NCBI GenBank assembly: GCA_963716145.1
Contig: OY970292.1
Coordinates: 533,171-597,170 of the forward strand
Length of the DNA: 64,000 nucleotides
Direction: 5' to 3'
From: Candidatus Levyibacteriota bacterium
Lineage (GTDB): Bacteria > Patescibacteriota > Microgenomatia > Levybacterales > UBA12049
The position numbers and the translations under genes were made by a program. Under the pieces are notes generated by a model. That model was given only the letters and a program-made list of their open reading frames with translations. It was not told where the DNA came from and ran no database searches. The stretch's first letter is position 1, and every line of letters starts with the position of its first letter. Positions 19,363 to 29,526 of the stretch are shown one piece after another.

Positions 19363-21162
19363 TTATCCCCACAAACCAGCCTTTGCCGGTTTGAGATTTT
19401 TGAAATTCAGTTTTGAAGCCTCTCTAATAGTTTTTGTATCAAACCTGTATTTAATCAGCTTCGCCGGTACTCCTCCGACAATTGAATAAGGCTCTACATC
19501 TTTTGTAACCACTGCTCCGGCCGCGACAACTGCGCCCCTGCCAATAGTTACGCCCCCCAGAACTGTTACTTTTGCACCAATCCAAACATCATCTTTTATG
19601 ATAATGCTGCGCACTTCAGGTTTTTGAAAAAACATCGGCAATTTGTAATCATCAAATTTATGGTGAACCGATGCAAACAGACAATAAGGCCCGATCATCA
19701 CATAGTTACCTATCTTCATACCATATGGTGTTGAAAAATTGGTGTGATGATTTATAAAAACCCATTTACCAATCTCCGTATTGCGATAATTTTCAAAAAT
19801 CACGTCTTTCATAACGAAAATATGTCTATTGAAATTCTGAAGCTTTAATCCAAACATGGTTGACCTTAATCTTGCTGTAAAGTATTTTAATTTAATGTAA
19901 AAAGTCAGCATTTTAGGCACAATTGTAAATAACGAATACAAAACATTTTTTATGATATGTCCGACCAGCCAGGCAAAACCTATTCCGACAAGCCCCATTG
20001 ATCGGAAATAATAACTTAAAAACAAAATTGCAACTGTTCCAAGTAAATTAATTACCAACAGAGCTTTAATTTTATGCTTGACGTTTAGAACGGTTAAGCC
20101 GAGATAGTTGAGTGAAACCGGAATACCGGAAACTGCCAGGATCTGGAGAAATATTATCCCTTCGGATGAATACTCAGTCCCAAAAAATGAAAGAATAAAA
20201 TTACCAAAAAACAAAACAACCACAATTGAGGGAACCAGTATCATCCATATAAATTTAATTGCTTTTTTTATATCTTTTGAGAAATTACGGATATCATTTG
20301 ATCCCTCGGCAAAAAGTGATTGAGTTGTGGCATATGGAATTGTGTAGAGAAGCTGGGCAATCATCATGGAGATATAAAAATACGCGGTAGTCTCTGGATT
20401 TATATAATTCGTGATAAGAATAGGCAGAATTAAAGCCGGTGCTATTCCCAAAAGCCCAACCAAATAATTAATAAACGAAAAAGAAATCATACCTTTTAGG
20501 GATTCTTTATTAAATTTTGAACTCAACTTAAAATTAAATTTTTTCCTGAGTACATAAAATGCAACTATCAACCCGCTTGATAAGGCGAGTGCCCAGGCAA
20601 TAAATATTCCTATTGCTCCGTATCCTACGAAAAATACAGGTAAAGATATTTTTAGCATTGAGACAAGTACATTTTTCAAAAAAATGTACTTTGCTGATCT
20701 CATAGCAATGAAGATACTTTCCATCAAAAAATCAATTGACGCTGTAATTGTAAAAAGGAGAAAGATAAAAGAAGTCAAATAATTTGTATTTACAAACGTC
20801 AGTTTTGGAGAAAATATAGGTAAAAATATTAGGAAAATCGCACCCGCTATTGCCGCAGCTGAGGCAACTACCGCAAAACTGCTTGTCAGGAGATTATTGC
20901 GCTTTTTTGAAGTTGGAAGAAAACGAACAATGCTGTAATTAAGACCAAGAATACTTAAGTTCATCAAAAAAAGAAGTACTGAAATTAGAGCGGTTGCCAA
21001 CCCTACTTCGGAACTTTTATAGAGATTGGTCGCTATCAGCCAAAATAAAAAGCCGCAACCTGAGACAATCAGAGTACTTGCCATCATGTAGATAGAATTC
21101 ATGTAAAGTGGGTCCCTGTGAACAGCCGGTGTATTTTTAATCAATGACTTAATTTTTTTCAT
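19363..21162 (-). CDS. polysaccharide flippase (Wzx/MOP-like) fused to a hexapeptide-repeat sugar O-acetyltransferase
   Basis: The N-terminal roughly 420 aa are polytopic and flippase-like. The C-terminal roughly 170 aa carry left-handed beta-helix hexapeptide repeats (IGAKVTVLGGVTIGRGAVVAAGAVVTKDV). Confidence 0.65.
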   Translation of the reverse strand: MKKIKSLIKNTPAVHRDPLYMNSIYMMASTLIVSGCGFLFWLIATNLYKSSEVGLATALISVLLFLMNLSILGLNYSIVRFLPTSKKRNNLLTSSFAVVASAAAIAGAIFLIFLPIFSPKLTFVNTNYLTSFIFLLFTITASIDFLMESIFIAMRSAKYIFLKNVLVSMLKISLPVFFVGYGAIGIFIAWALALSSGLIVAFYVLRKKFNFKLSSKFNKESLKGMISFSFINYLVGLLGIAPALILPILITNYINPETTAYFYISMMIAQLLYTIPYATTQSLFAEGSNDIRNFSKDIKKAIKFIWMILVPSIVVVLFFGNFILSFFGTEYSSEGIIFLQILAVSGIPVSLNYLGLTVLNVKHKIKALLVINLLGTVAILFLSYYFRSMGLVGIGFAWLVGHIIKNVLYSLFTIVPKMLTFYIKLKYFTARLRSTMFGLKLQNFNRHIFVMKDVIFENYRNTEIGKWVFINHHTNFSTPYGMKIGNYVMIGPYCLFASVHHKFDDYKLPMFFQKPEVRSIIIKDDVWIGAKVTVLGGVTIGRGAVVAAGAVVTKDVEPYSIVGGVPAKLIKYRFDTKTIREASKLNFKNLKPAKAGLWG

Positions 21163-21276
21163 TAATAAATTACAAACTATCCTATATTATAACATATACT
21201 GCTTAAATTGCAATTCCTTTCACTATAGTTTTGCCACTTGCAGAGTAAAAATTACGCGCTATAATATCTTTAACTT

Positions 21277-22440
21277 ATGGATCAGGCTGAAAAGACAATC
21301 AAAGATTTGCTAAAGCTCGCGGATATAAAAATTAACGGCAAAAGACCCTGGGATATTCAGATTCATGACAATAGGTTTTACAAACGTATTTTGAATGATG
21401 GCTCACTTGGGCTTGGTGAATCATACATGGATGGCTGGTGGGACAGTAAACAAATTGAGGAAGCAATTGCCAGAATGATAAGGGCGCAACTCGACCGCAA
21501 GATCAAAAAAAGCCTCTCCTTAATTCTTTTCCTTGCCCGTAACAAATTCTTCAACAATGCAACCATCAAAAGATCCTACAAAGTAGGAAAAATACATTAT
21601 GACGTCGGCAACGAACTGTATGAAAAAATGCTAGATAGCGAGATGAACTATACTTGCGGGTATTGGAAAGGACTTGGCGACCCGCTGACTGCCTGGAAAG
21701 ATCCCAAGAACTTAGATAAAGCGCAAACTGCCAAAATGGATTTAATTTGCCGAAAACTTGGTCTTAAGAAAGGAATGAATGTCCTTGATACCGGCTGCGG
21801 CTTTGGAAATTTCGCAAGATACGCCGCAGCCAACTATGGCGTAAGCGTTGTCGGTTGTACTGTGTCCAAAGAGCAGGCAATAAAAGCGCAGGAGAGATGT
21901 AAGGGTCTGCCGGTTAAAATTTATCACAAAGACTACCGCGAGCTGAAATTGGACAAAAGCTTTGACCGCGTTGCCTCAATCGGAATTATGGAGCATATCA
22001 CATACAAAAATTATGATAATTATCTCAGGATCACTTGCGGGGCCCTCAAGGACGACGGACTTATGCTTCTTCACACCATAGGTTATGAAATATCAGTAAC
22101 CGCAGGCGAACCATGGGAGGAAAAATATATTTTCCCAAATTCTCATCTGCCTTCAATTGCCCAGATGGCAAAAGCTGCCGAGAGTAAATTTATTATCGAA
22201 GACCTCCAAAATTTTGGGCTTTACTACTACCCTACCCTTATGAGCTGGTGGACCAATTTCGATAAATCCTGGAAGGAACTTTCCAAAAAATATCCTGAAA
22301 AATACGATGAACGGTTCTATAGAATGTGGAAATATTATCTCCTATCCTTTGCCGGTTCCTTTAAAGCAAAAAATCTTCAGCTTTTTCAAATTGTTCTTTC
22401 AAAAAACAAAAAGGCCGAAGTCTATGAGGCAGTACGCTAA
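21277..22440 (+). CDS. cyclopropane-fatty-acyl-phospholipid synthase family SAM-dependent methyltransferase
   Basis: SAM-binding motif LDTGCGFGNFARYAA and CFA-synthase-family length and pattern. Confidence 0.75.
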   Translation: MDQAEKTIKDLLKLADIKINGKRPWDIQIHDNRFYKRILNDGSLGLGESYMDGWWDSKQIEEAIARMIRAQLDRKIKKSLSLILFLARNKFFNNATIKRSYKVGKIHYDVGNELYEKMLDSEMNYTCGYWKGLGDPLTAWKDPKNLDKAQTAKMDLICRKLGLKKGMNVLDTGCGFGNFARYAAANYGVSVVGCTVSKEQAIKAQERCKGLPVKIYHKDYRELKLDKSFDRVASIGIMEHITYKNYDNYLRITCGALKDDGLMLLHTIGYEISVTAGEPWEEKYIFPNSHLPSIAQMAKAAESKFIIEDLQNFGLYYYPTLMSWWTNFDKSWKELSKKYPEKYDERFYRMWKYYLLSFAGSFKAKNLQLFQIVLSKNKKAEVYEAVR

Positions 22441-22442
22441 TA

Positions 22443-23819
22443 ATGGATTCAAAAAGTGATTACAATAAAAAACAGAGAGGTATTGTTCGTCAATTAAAAC
22501 TGATAAATAATATCAAAGGCGTAGATGGCCTTGGTCTATCCAAACAAAACTCAAATCTATTCCGCAACCGCAAAAAGGGCGCAAAACCAAAACTCGATGT
22601 AAGAAGCCTCAATAAGGTTATACATGTCGACAAGAAAAAACTGATTGCGGAAGTTGAAGGAATGACCACGTATCAGGATTTGGTAGATGCCACTCTTGCA
22701 TTTTCCCTTTTGCCCCCTGTCGTTCCCCAACTGGCCACTATCACAATCGGCGGTGCTATAAGCGGTGGAGGAATTGAGGCATCATCTTTTAAATTTGGGC
22801 TTGTTCATGAAACAGTTGAGGAAATGACAATACTACTAAGTAACGGAGAAGTAATAACCGCAACAGCTAAAAATAAACACCGCGATATTTTTGCAGGAAT
22901 TGTCAATTCTTACGGCACGCTTGGATATATTCTAAAACTAAAAGTAAAACTTGTAAAAGCCTCCCCTTTTGTTCAACTTAGACATTTCAGTTTTACCAAT
23001 TCAAAAGATTACTTTGCCGCGGTTGATGAAGTATTTAAATATAAAAAATACAAAGGAGAAAGAGTAGATTTCATGGACGGCATGGTTATTGATTCCAAAA
23101 AACTTTATCTTTTACTTGCAAGATTTACAGAAAAAGCCCCATATCTCAGTAATTATAAATATATGAATATTTACTTTCGGTCAATCGCAAAAAGATCTGA
23201 GGATTTTTTGACTGTCCGAGATTTTATCTGGAGATGGGATACAGACTGGTTCTGGTGCTCAAAGGGATTTGGCCTTCAAAACCCATTATTGCGCTTAATT
23301 GTGGGAAAGTTTTTGCTTAACTCCAAAGCTTATTGGAAAATTACAAAACTTGATGGGCGCTTTGGACTGGTCGAAAAGTGGGAAAGTCTTAAGGGAAAAA
23401 ATAAATCCAGAGAAAGGATTGTTCAGGATGTGGAAATTCCAATTGATAATTCAGGTAAATTTTTGGATTTTTTTATAAAACGGATAGGAATCTCCCCCAT
23501 TTGGATTTGTCCCTTAAAAACATATAAATCAAGCACCAACTTTCCTTTTTTTCCTTTTGATCCCAAAAAAGAATATATTAATTTTGGCTTTTGGGACAGC
23601 GTTCCCGCAAATAAAAATTCTCAAAGCTACTTCAACCGCTTAATAGAGCGCACGGTTATAGATCTTAAAGGACATAAAAGTCTATATTCTGACTCATTTC
23701 ATACTGAATCTCAATTTTGGAATATATACGATAAAAAACTCTACAATAAATTAAAAAGTATTTATGATCCGGACTCTAGATTAAAAAATTTATATCAAAA
23801 ATGCGTAACTGCTATTTAG
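22443..23819 (+). CDS. FAD-binding oxidoreductase (PCMH-type FAD domain)
   Basis: ATITIGGAISGGGIEASSFKFGLVHE pattern of the FAD-binding PCMH domain. Starts 3 nt after the methyltransferase stop. Confidence 0.65.
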   Translation: MDSKSDYNKKQRGIVRQLKLINNIKGVDGLGLSKQNSNLFRNRKKGAKPKLDVRSLNKVIHVDKKKLIAEVEGMTTYQDLVDATLAFSLLPPVVPQLATITIGGAISGGGIEASSFKFGLVHETVEEMTILLSNGEVITATAKNKHRDIFAGIVNSYGTLGYILKLKVKLVKASPFVQLRHFSFTNSKDYFAAVDEVFKYKKYKGERVDFMDGMVIDSKKLYLLLARFTEKAPYLSNYKYMNIYFRSIAKRSEDFLTVRDFIWRWDTDWFWCSKGFGLQNPLLRLIVGKFLLNSKAYWKITKLDGRFGLVEKWESLKGKNKSRERIVQDVEIPIDNSGKFLDFFIKRIGISPIWICPLKTYKSSTNFPFFPFDPKKEYINFGFWDSVPANKNSQSYFNRLIERTVIDLKGHKSLYSDSFHTESQFWNIYDKKLYNKLKSIYDPDSRLKNLYQKCVTAI

Positions 23820-23894
23820 CAAATATACTTAAACCCTTTCTCTGTTGTTGACAGATTGTACAAAATGTTGTACATTATAGATATGAGCAACTTT

Positions 23895-24134
23895 ATGTCC
23901 ATATCTGATGCCCGCTCTCAACTCCCCAAGCTTGTTAACAAGGTTAGCGAAGGCATGGAGAGTGTAACAATTACAGTAAACGGCCAGCCAAAAGTTACTT
24001 TAATAAACACCGAAGAGTTGGAGTCAATCAAGGAAACTGCCGGTATACTTTCTGTGCCTGGCGCGAAAAAAGAATTGAGGGAGGGCTTAAAACAAGCCAA
24101 AAAAGGCCTCGGCATTCCCCTTTCTGAACTTTAA
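23895..24134 (+). CDS. Phd/YefM-family antitoxin
   Basis: MSISDARSQLPKLV...VTITVNGQPKVTLIN pattern. The start is moved to an internal ATG. Confidence 0.7.
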   Translation: MSISDARSQLPKLVNKVSEGMESVTITVNGQPKVTLINTEELESIKETAGILSVPGAKKELREGLKQAKKGLGIPLSEL

Positions 24135-24135
24135 T

Positions 24136-24384
24136 ATGCAAATCATCGTCACTCCCAAGGCGCAAAAGCATTTCAAAAAATTACCAAAACCTGAGCAAGC
24201 AAAAGTTAAAAGAAAATTTAAGCTTTTAGAAGATGCTCCCCTGTCAGGTAAAAAACTGGACGGAGAATTTATAGAATTAAGATCAATACGAGCCTGGCCT
24301 TACAGAATATTTTATTATCTGAGTACAAAAGAAAACAAGATATTTATTACCTCAATCCTCCACCGCCAAGGAGCTTACAAATAA
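24136..24384 (+). CDS. RelE/ParE-family toxin
   Basis: 82 aa with ...AWPYRIFYY...ILHRQGAY motifs. Starts 2 nt after the antitoxin stop. Confidence 0.7.
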   Translation: MQIIVTPKAQKHFKKLPKPEQAKVKRKFKLLEDAPLSGKKLDGEFIELRSIRAWPYRIFYYLSTKENKIFITSILHRQGAYK

Positions 24385-24409
24385 ATATTTCCTGTGCTAA
24401 AATACATTT

Positions 24410-25960
24410 ATGATCCTCATCGTTGACTTCGGCTCACAGACTGCCCACCTAATCGGAAGACGATTAAGACAACTCGGCGTAGAAACAGAATACACGCACC
24501 CCGAAGAAGCTCTTTCAATAGTTGAGAAAACTAAACCAAAAGGAATTATTTTGTCAGGAGGACCATCGGATATTAGCCATGATGATTCCCTAACTATTCC
24601 TAAAAGTATTTTAGAAATGGGTATTCCTGTTCTTGGGATTTGTTACGGTTGGCAGCTGACTGCCCATCTTTTGGGAGGCATGATCAAGCACTCCAAAAAA
24701 GAATACGGACCAGAGACTTTAATAATGGCAGATGGTAAATGGCCAATAACAAATGGAATTTTTAAAAACCTCCCTCAAAAATTCTCAGTCATTATGTCCC
24801 ATGGCGATACCGTGACCAAGCTGCCTGAGGGATTTGAAGTCTTGGCCAAAACAAAACAAGTAGATTATGCTACTGTGAGTAATGATGGTAGCAAAATTTA
24901 CGGAGTACAGTTCCATCCTGAAGCTGCGCACACAGAACATGGGCAGAAAATACTTGAGAATTTCGTTGAGATTTGTGATGAAAAATTAAACCCGATTATT
25001 CTTGACCCGCAAAAAATAATTGCTGATATTAAAAAGACGGTTGGAAATAATAAAGTAATTTGTGCAGTTTCGGGAGGGGTTGATTCCACCGTTGCCGCTT
25101 TCCTGATAGGAAAAGCAATTGGTCTAAATCTGATCCCTGTTTATGTTGATTCAGGACTTATGAGAGTCGGTACCGACAAACTTGTAGCATACATATTCAA
25201 AGATCTAATACATGCTAATTTAGTGATCATTGATGCTCGAAAACGCTTTCTTGAGAGGCTAAACGGAATAACAGATCCTGAGACAAAAAGGAAAACAATC
25301 GGCAAACTTTACATTGATATTTTCCAAGAGGTTGCGGAGCAGCATGGTTCGGCAAGCTCACCACAAAGTAAGGTCGCATTCCTCGGACAGGGCACAATTT
25401 ATTCAGACGTCATAGAAAGTAAGGGCTCCAAACACGCCAGTCATATCAAATCTCATCACAACGTCGGAGGCCTTCCCGCAGATTTGAAGTTCAAATTAAT
25501 TGAACCGGTCAGAAATTTTTACAAAGACGAGGTGCGGGAAATTGGAAGAATTGTGGGTCTTCCTGAGGATGTTGTAATGCAGCAACCTTTCCCCGGACCT
25601 GGATATGCCGTCAGAATCCGGGGTGAGGTCACCGAAAAAAGACTTAAGCAGATAATAACTGCTGATAAAATAGTCGTTGAGGAAATAAAAAATGCCGGTA
25701 TTTACGAAAAGCTTTTTCAATGCTTTGCAATTATGACTGGTGCTTACAGCACAGCAGTTAAAGGCGATGGAAGAGTTTTTGCCGAAGTTGTAGCCATAAA
25801 AGCATATGAATCCGCAGACGTGATGACGCTCAAATGGGCCGATCTTCCTTATGAACTTTTGCAAAAAATCGCCTCCAGAATTGTAAATGAAGTACCTGAT
25901 ATTTCCCGGGTTGTGTATGATATTACCAACAAGCCCCCGGCCACAATGGAGTGGGAGTAA
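24410..25960 (+). CDS. guaA: GMP synthase (glutamine-hydrolysing)
   Basis: N-terminal class-I glutamine amidotransferase (GICYGWQL, HPE), ATP-PPase P-loop SGGVDSTV, and a C-terminal dimerisation domain. Confidence 0.9.
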   Translation: MILIVDFGSQTAHLIGRRLRQLGVETEYTHPEEALSIVEKTKPKGIILSGGPSDISHDDSLTIPKSILEMGIPVLGICYGWQLTAHLLGGMIKHSKKEYGPETLIMADGKWPITNGIFKNLPQKFSVIMSHGDTVTKLPEGFEVLAKTKQVDYATVSNDGSKIYGVQFHPEAAHTEHGQKILENFVEICDEKLNPIILDPQKIIADIKKTVGNNKVICAVSGGVDSTVAAFLIGKAIGLNLIPVYVDSGLMRVGTDKLVAYIFKDLIHANLVIIDARKRFLERLNGITDPETKRKTIGKLYIDIFQEVAEQHGSASSPQSKVAFLGQGTIYSDVIESKGSKHASHIKSHHNVGGLPADLKFKLIEPVRNFYKDEVREIGRIVGLPEDVVMQQPFPGPGYAVRIRGEVTEKRLKQIITADKIVVEEIKNAGIYEKLFQCFAIMTGAYSTAVKGDGRVFAEVVAIKAYESADVMTLKWADLPYELLQKIASRIVNEVPDISRVVYDITNKPPATMEWE

Positions 25961-25965
25961 GTATA

Positions 25966-26649
25966 ATGAAAAGAAGACTGATTCTTGCTCATTGGATAAT
26001 TGATTACGCCTACCGGGTAAGAGGTGAGGTACAAATGTACCGCTACCGCAAAGTTCCTACACACTTCCCTATAAGCAAACAACGTAAATCCCCCATTATA
26101 TTTCTCTCCGGTTTTACTCTAAGATGGGGATTTCTCAAACATCTTGCAGACCAGCTTTCACTTGACGATTATCCTGTTTACGTTGTTCAGGAACTTAAAA
26201 ATAACATTGGCGATATCCCAAAGTCCGCAGCAAAAGTCAAGACTATTATGGATATAAATAATCTTAAAAACGTGATAATTATTGGCCACAGTAAAGGAGG
26301 ATTAATTGGAAAATACCTACTTATTCACCACAATCAAGACAATCAAATCAAAACAGTAATTGCAATTGCGAGCCCATTCTCTGGTACTACTCTTGCCCGC
26401 AAAATTCCCTTCCCATCATTTAAAGAAGTGGCTGACAAAAGCAAAATGATAAAAGAAATGGCAACAAATAATAAAGTTAATTCAAAAATTATATCAGTTT
26501 TCCCTGCTTTCGATAACCATGTCTGGCCTCAGGGAAGCAGCTTTCTGCAAGGCGCAAAAAATGTAGAATTGAAAGTAAAGGGCCACCACCGAATTGTTTT
26601 TGATAAAGGTACTCAACAGGTAATAATAGATTGTATTAAAAATTTATGA
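25966..26649 (+). CDS. alpha/beta-hydrolase (lipase/esterase-like)
   Basis: GHSKGG nucleophile-elbow motif. The start is moved to an internal ATG. Confidence 0.5.
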   Translation: MKRRLILAHWIIDYAYRVRGEVQMYRYRKVPTHFPISKQRKSPIIFLSGFTLRWGFLKHLADQLSLDDYPVYVVQELKNNIGDIPKSAAKVKTIMDINNLKNVIIIGHSKGGLIGKYLLIHHNQDNQIKTVIAIASPFSGTTLARKIPFPSFKEVADKSKMIKEMATNNKVNSKIISVFPAFDNHVWPQGSSFLQGAKNVELKVKGHHRIVFDKGTQQVIIDCIKNL

Positions 26650-26972
26650 GTATGAAATGCGGAGTTGACATCATCTACATTCCGGGTATTGCCAAAATAC
26701 GAAATGATGCCAGTCTGCTGGAAAAGTTTTTCCATACAAACGAGATTGAGAATCCAACTCCTGAACATCTAGCAGGACTAATTGCCGCCAAAGAAGCCTT
26801 TTTTAAAGCACTTGGTAGGCCTCCGAAATTTCTGGAAATCCAAATCCGACACAAAGAGTCCGGCAAGCCTGAAATAATAGTCTCTCCTGAATTTAAAAAG
26901 TATAAATCAATTGATGTCTCAATAAGCCATGATGGAGATTACGCAATTGCTTTTGTTATACTTGAGGTATGA
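26646..26972 (+). CDS. acpS: holo-ACP synthase (4'-phosphopantetheinyl transferase)
   Basis: GVDIIYI...AAKEAFFKALG...SISHDGDYAIAFV, the AcpS-family pattern. 108 aa. Confidence 0.7.
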   Translation: MSMKCGVDIIYIPGIAKIRNDASLLEKFFHTNEIENPTPEHLAGLIAAKEAFFKALGRPPKFLEIQIRHKESGKPEIIVSPEFKKYKSIDVSISHDGDYAIAFVILEV

Positions 26973-29464
26973 TCAGAACCATCCCCGACCTAATTGAAAC
27001 CTTCAAAACTCGTGATAAAACCGCCATCATCCAAAAAACCGGCGTTCGTACTTTTACCTATACATACAAGCAATTTTATAAAAATATTCTAAAAACCCAG
27101 ACTATGCTTGACAGACTTGGCCTCAAAAAAGGAGATAAGATTCTTCTCTGGGGATTCAACGGCCCATCATGGGGCACTCTTTTTCTTGCAGCTGCCCGAT
27201 CCGGAATCATCATAGTTCCTGTTGATTTTTTGAGCCTGCCTGAATTTGTTAAAAGTCTAAAGGAGATTGTCGGCGCAAAAGCGATCTTTCACTCTGAATT
27301 TAAAATCCCGCCTGAAATGGGAATCAAAAAAGTAATTATTGAGAATCTGGATTTTTATATTAAAGACCTTCCCCAAAAAACGGAAAAGACAGAAATCTCA
27401 GAAAATGATTTACTGGAAATCGTCTTCACATCAGGAACAACGGGTGACCCCAAAGGCGTGATGCTGACTCATAAAAATCTTGTTTCAAATATAGAAGGTG
27501 TCTTAAAAGTTATAAAAATAAATCCCGAGCAAACCTTTTTGTCTCTTCTTCCGATGAGCCACTTATTTGAGCAAAACCCCGGTTTTTTGGCTCCGTTAAG
27601 CGCGGGCTGTACTATCGTTTACATGAAGGGGCTCAGGCCAAATCTCATTTTCAAGACACTCTCGGAAGTCAAAATAACCAATATCGCGCTTGTCCCCAGG
27701 CTCTTAAAATTGTTTTATGACGGCATTATGCGCGAAGTTGAAGCAACAGGAAAGACAAAAACATTTAATAAATTGCTCAACTTAGATCTCCCAAAACCAG
27801 TCCGGAAAATTTTATTTTCAAAAGTTCATAAAAAATTCGGGACTCATTTTCAGTATTTTATCTCAGGCGGCGCGCCGCTTAGCGAGGAACTCGATACCTT
27901 CTGGAAAAAGTTAGGATTTACAATTGTTGAGGGTTACGGCCTGTCGGAATGCTCCCCCATACTTACTGCCAATACTCCTCAGAAACAAGTTCCCAGATCA
28001 GTGGGTAAACCTATCCCGGGCGTAACTCTTAAGATCAATAATAGCGGTGAAGTTCTGGTCAAGGGCGACAACATAACTCAGGGTTATTTTCAGAAAAAGG
28101 AACAAACAAAAGCACTGTTTGATGGCAAATGGATGAAGACAGGCGACATCGGATCATTGGACAAAGACAACTATCTTTTCCTAAAAGGAAGGGCAAAAGA
28201 TATAATTGTGACAGGGGCTGGTGTCAATGTTTATCCTGAGGATATTGAAAAGGTCCTCATGAAAAATAACGATGTCAAAGATGTCTGTGTCTTGGGAGTT
28301 CCAACTGACGCGGGCGAAGAGGTGCATGCAGAAATAATTTTGAAGGATCCCAAAACAAACCTCAAATCAATCATCGATTCTACCAATAAAGAATTAAATG
28401 AAGCCCAGCAAATTCTCTCTTTTGCCCTCTGGAATACAGACGATTTCCCCCGGACGACCACAATGAAGATCAAAAAGCGCTTTGTTTTGAGCGAGATTAA
28501 CGAGCGCGAGAAGAAAGACACCACACTAAAAGCTGAGAATAAATCCAAACTTCACGAAATAATTGCCAAGATAAATGACATTGATCCGCGGACAATCAAA
28601 CCATCATCCAACCTTTCACTTGATCTGAAACTCACTTCAGTAAATAAAATTGAATTAATTTCAATAATAGAGCAAGAATTCAATCTTGATATTGATGAAG
28701 ATGAAATTAACAACAAAACAACAGTCGTAGATCTTGAGAAGATAATTAAAGACCGCCGCCGTTTCAGCAAAAAAGATGTATTCAGGCGATGGACGCTTGC
28801 GATGCCAATCAGGATACTTAGATTTGTTTGGAATCTTATAATTGGTGACAATCTGATTTATCTCTTTTGCAGACGCGAGGTTGTGGGGCTTGAGAACTTA
28901 AAAGATCTAAATCAACCGGCTATCTTCATCGCGAACCACATCGGGTATTTTGACGCGCCAAATGTGCTGATGTCGCTTCCATTCGGCATCCGCAATAAAA
29001 TAGCAACCGCTGCCTGGAAGGAGTATTTCACAACTGATGGAGATCCCCTCTTTAAAAATAAAGTTCTTGATCATCTTCTCTGGAAATTCTACTACCAATA
29101 CACAACTATTTTTGTAAACGTCTATATGTTCCCCAAAAAAACCGGTTTTAAGGAAAGTCTTGAGTACACGGGAGAGCTCTTGGATAAAAATTGGAATATT
29201 TTATTTTTTCCTGAAGGCGAACACTCGCCCGATGGAACTCTTCAGCCTTTCCGCTCGGGAATCGGCTGGATTGCCAAGGAAATGAGAGTACCAATTGTCC
29301 CCATTAAGCATTTTGGTCTTTCGAAAATCATGGCAGGTGATCCGCACCAATTCCCCAGATTTGGAAAAGTTACGATCAAAATCGGCAAACCGGTGATGCT
29401 TGATTACACCAAATCAATTCCGGAAATAACTAATCAACTCCACGATATAATTGCGAAGATGTAA
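26969..29464 (+). CDS. tri-domain acyl-ACP synthetase - ACP - 1-acylglycerol-3-phosphate acyltransferase fusion (Aas-like, reversed domain order)
   Basis: N-terminal AMP-binding enzyme (TSGTTGDPKGV, GYGLSE). Central ACP-like segment (LSLDLKLTSVNKIELISIIEQEFNLDIDEDE). C-terminal PlsC motifs (NHIGYFDAP, FPEGEHSPDG). Confidence 0.7.
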   Translation: MIRTIPDLIETFKTRDKTAIIQKTGVRTFTYTYKQFYKNILKTQTMLDRLGLKKGDKILLWGFNGPSWGTLFLAAARSGIIIVPVDFLSLPEFVKSLKEIVGAKAIFHSEFKIPPEMGIKKVIIENLDFYIKDLPQKTEKTEISENDLLEIVFTSGTTGDPKGVMLTHKNLVSNIEGVLKVIKINPEQTFLSLLPMSHLFEQNPGFLAPLSAGCTIVYMKGLRPNLIFKTLSEVKITNIALVPRLLKLFYDGIMREVEATGKTKTFNKLLNLDLPKPVRKILFSKVHKKFGTHFQYFISGGAPLSEELDTFWKKLGFTIVEGYGLSECSPILTANTPQKQVPRSVGKPIPGVTLKINNSGEVLVKGDNITQGYFQKKEQTKALFDGKWMKTGDIGSLDKDNYLFLKGRAKDIIVTGAGVNVYPEDIEKVLMKNNDVKDVCVLGVPTDAGEEVHAEIILKDPKTNLKSIIDSTNKELNEAQQILSFALWNTDDFPRTTTMKIKKRFVLSEINEREKKDTTLKAENKSKLHEIIAKINDIDPRTIKPSSNLSLDLKLTSVNKIELISIIEQEFNLDIDEDEINNKTTVVDLEKIIKDRRRFSKKDVFRRWTLAMPIRILRFVWNLIIGDNLIYLFCRREVVGLENLKDLNQPAIFIANHIGYFDAPNVLMSLPFGIRNKIATAAWKEYFTTDGDPLFKNKVLDHLLWKFYYQYTTIFVNVYMFPKKTGFKESLEYTGELLDKNWNILFFPEGEHSPDGTLQPFRSGIGWIAKEMRVPIVPIKHFGLSKIMAGDPHQFPRFGKVTIKIGKPVMLDYTKSIPEITNQLHDIIAKM

Positions 29465-29526
29465 TCAGAAACTAAGTTCTGTATACTGCTTGTCTTCACT
29501 TGGTTCATACAGTATAATCTTGCTCT

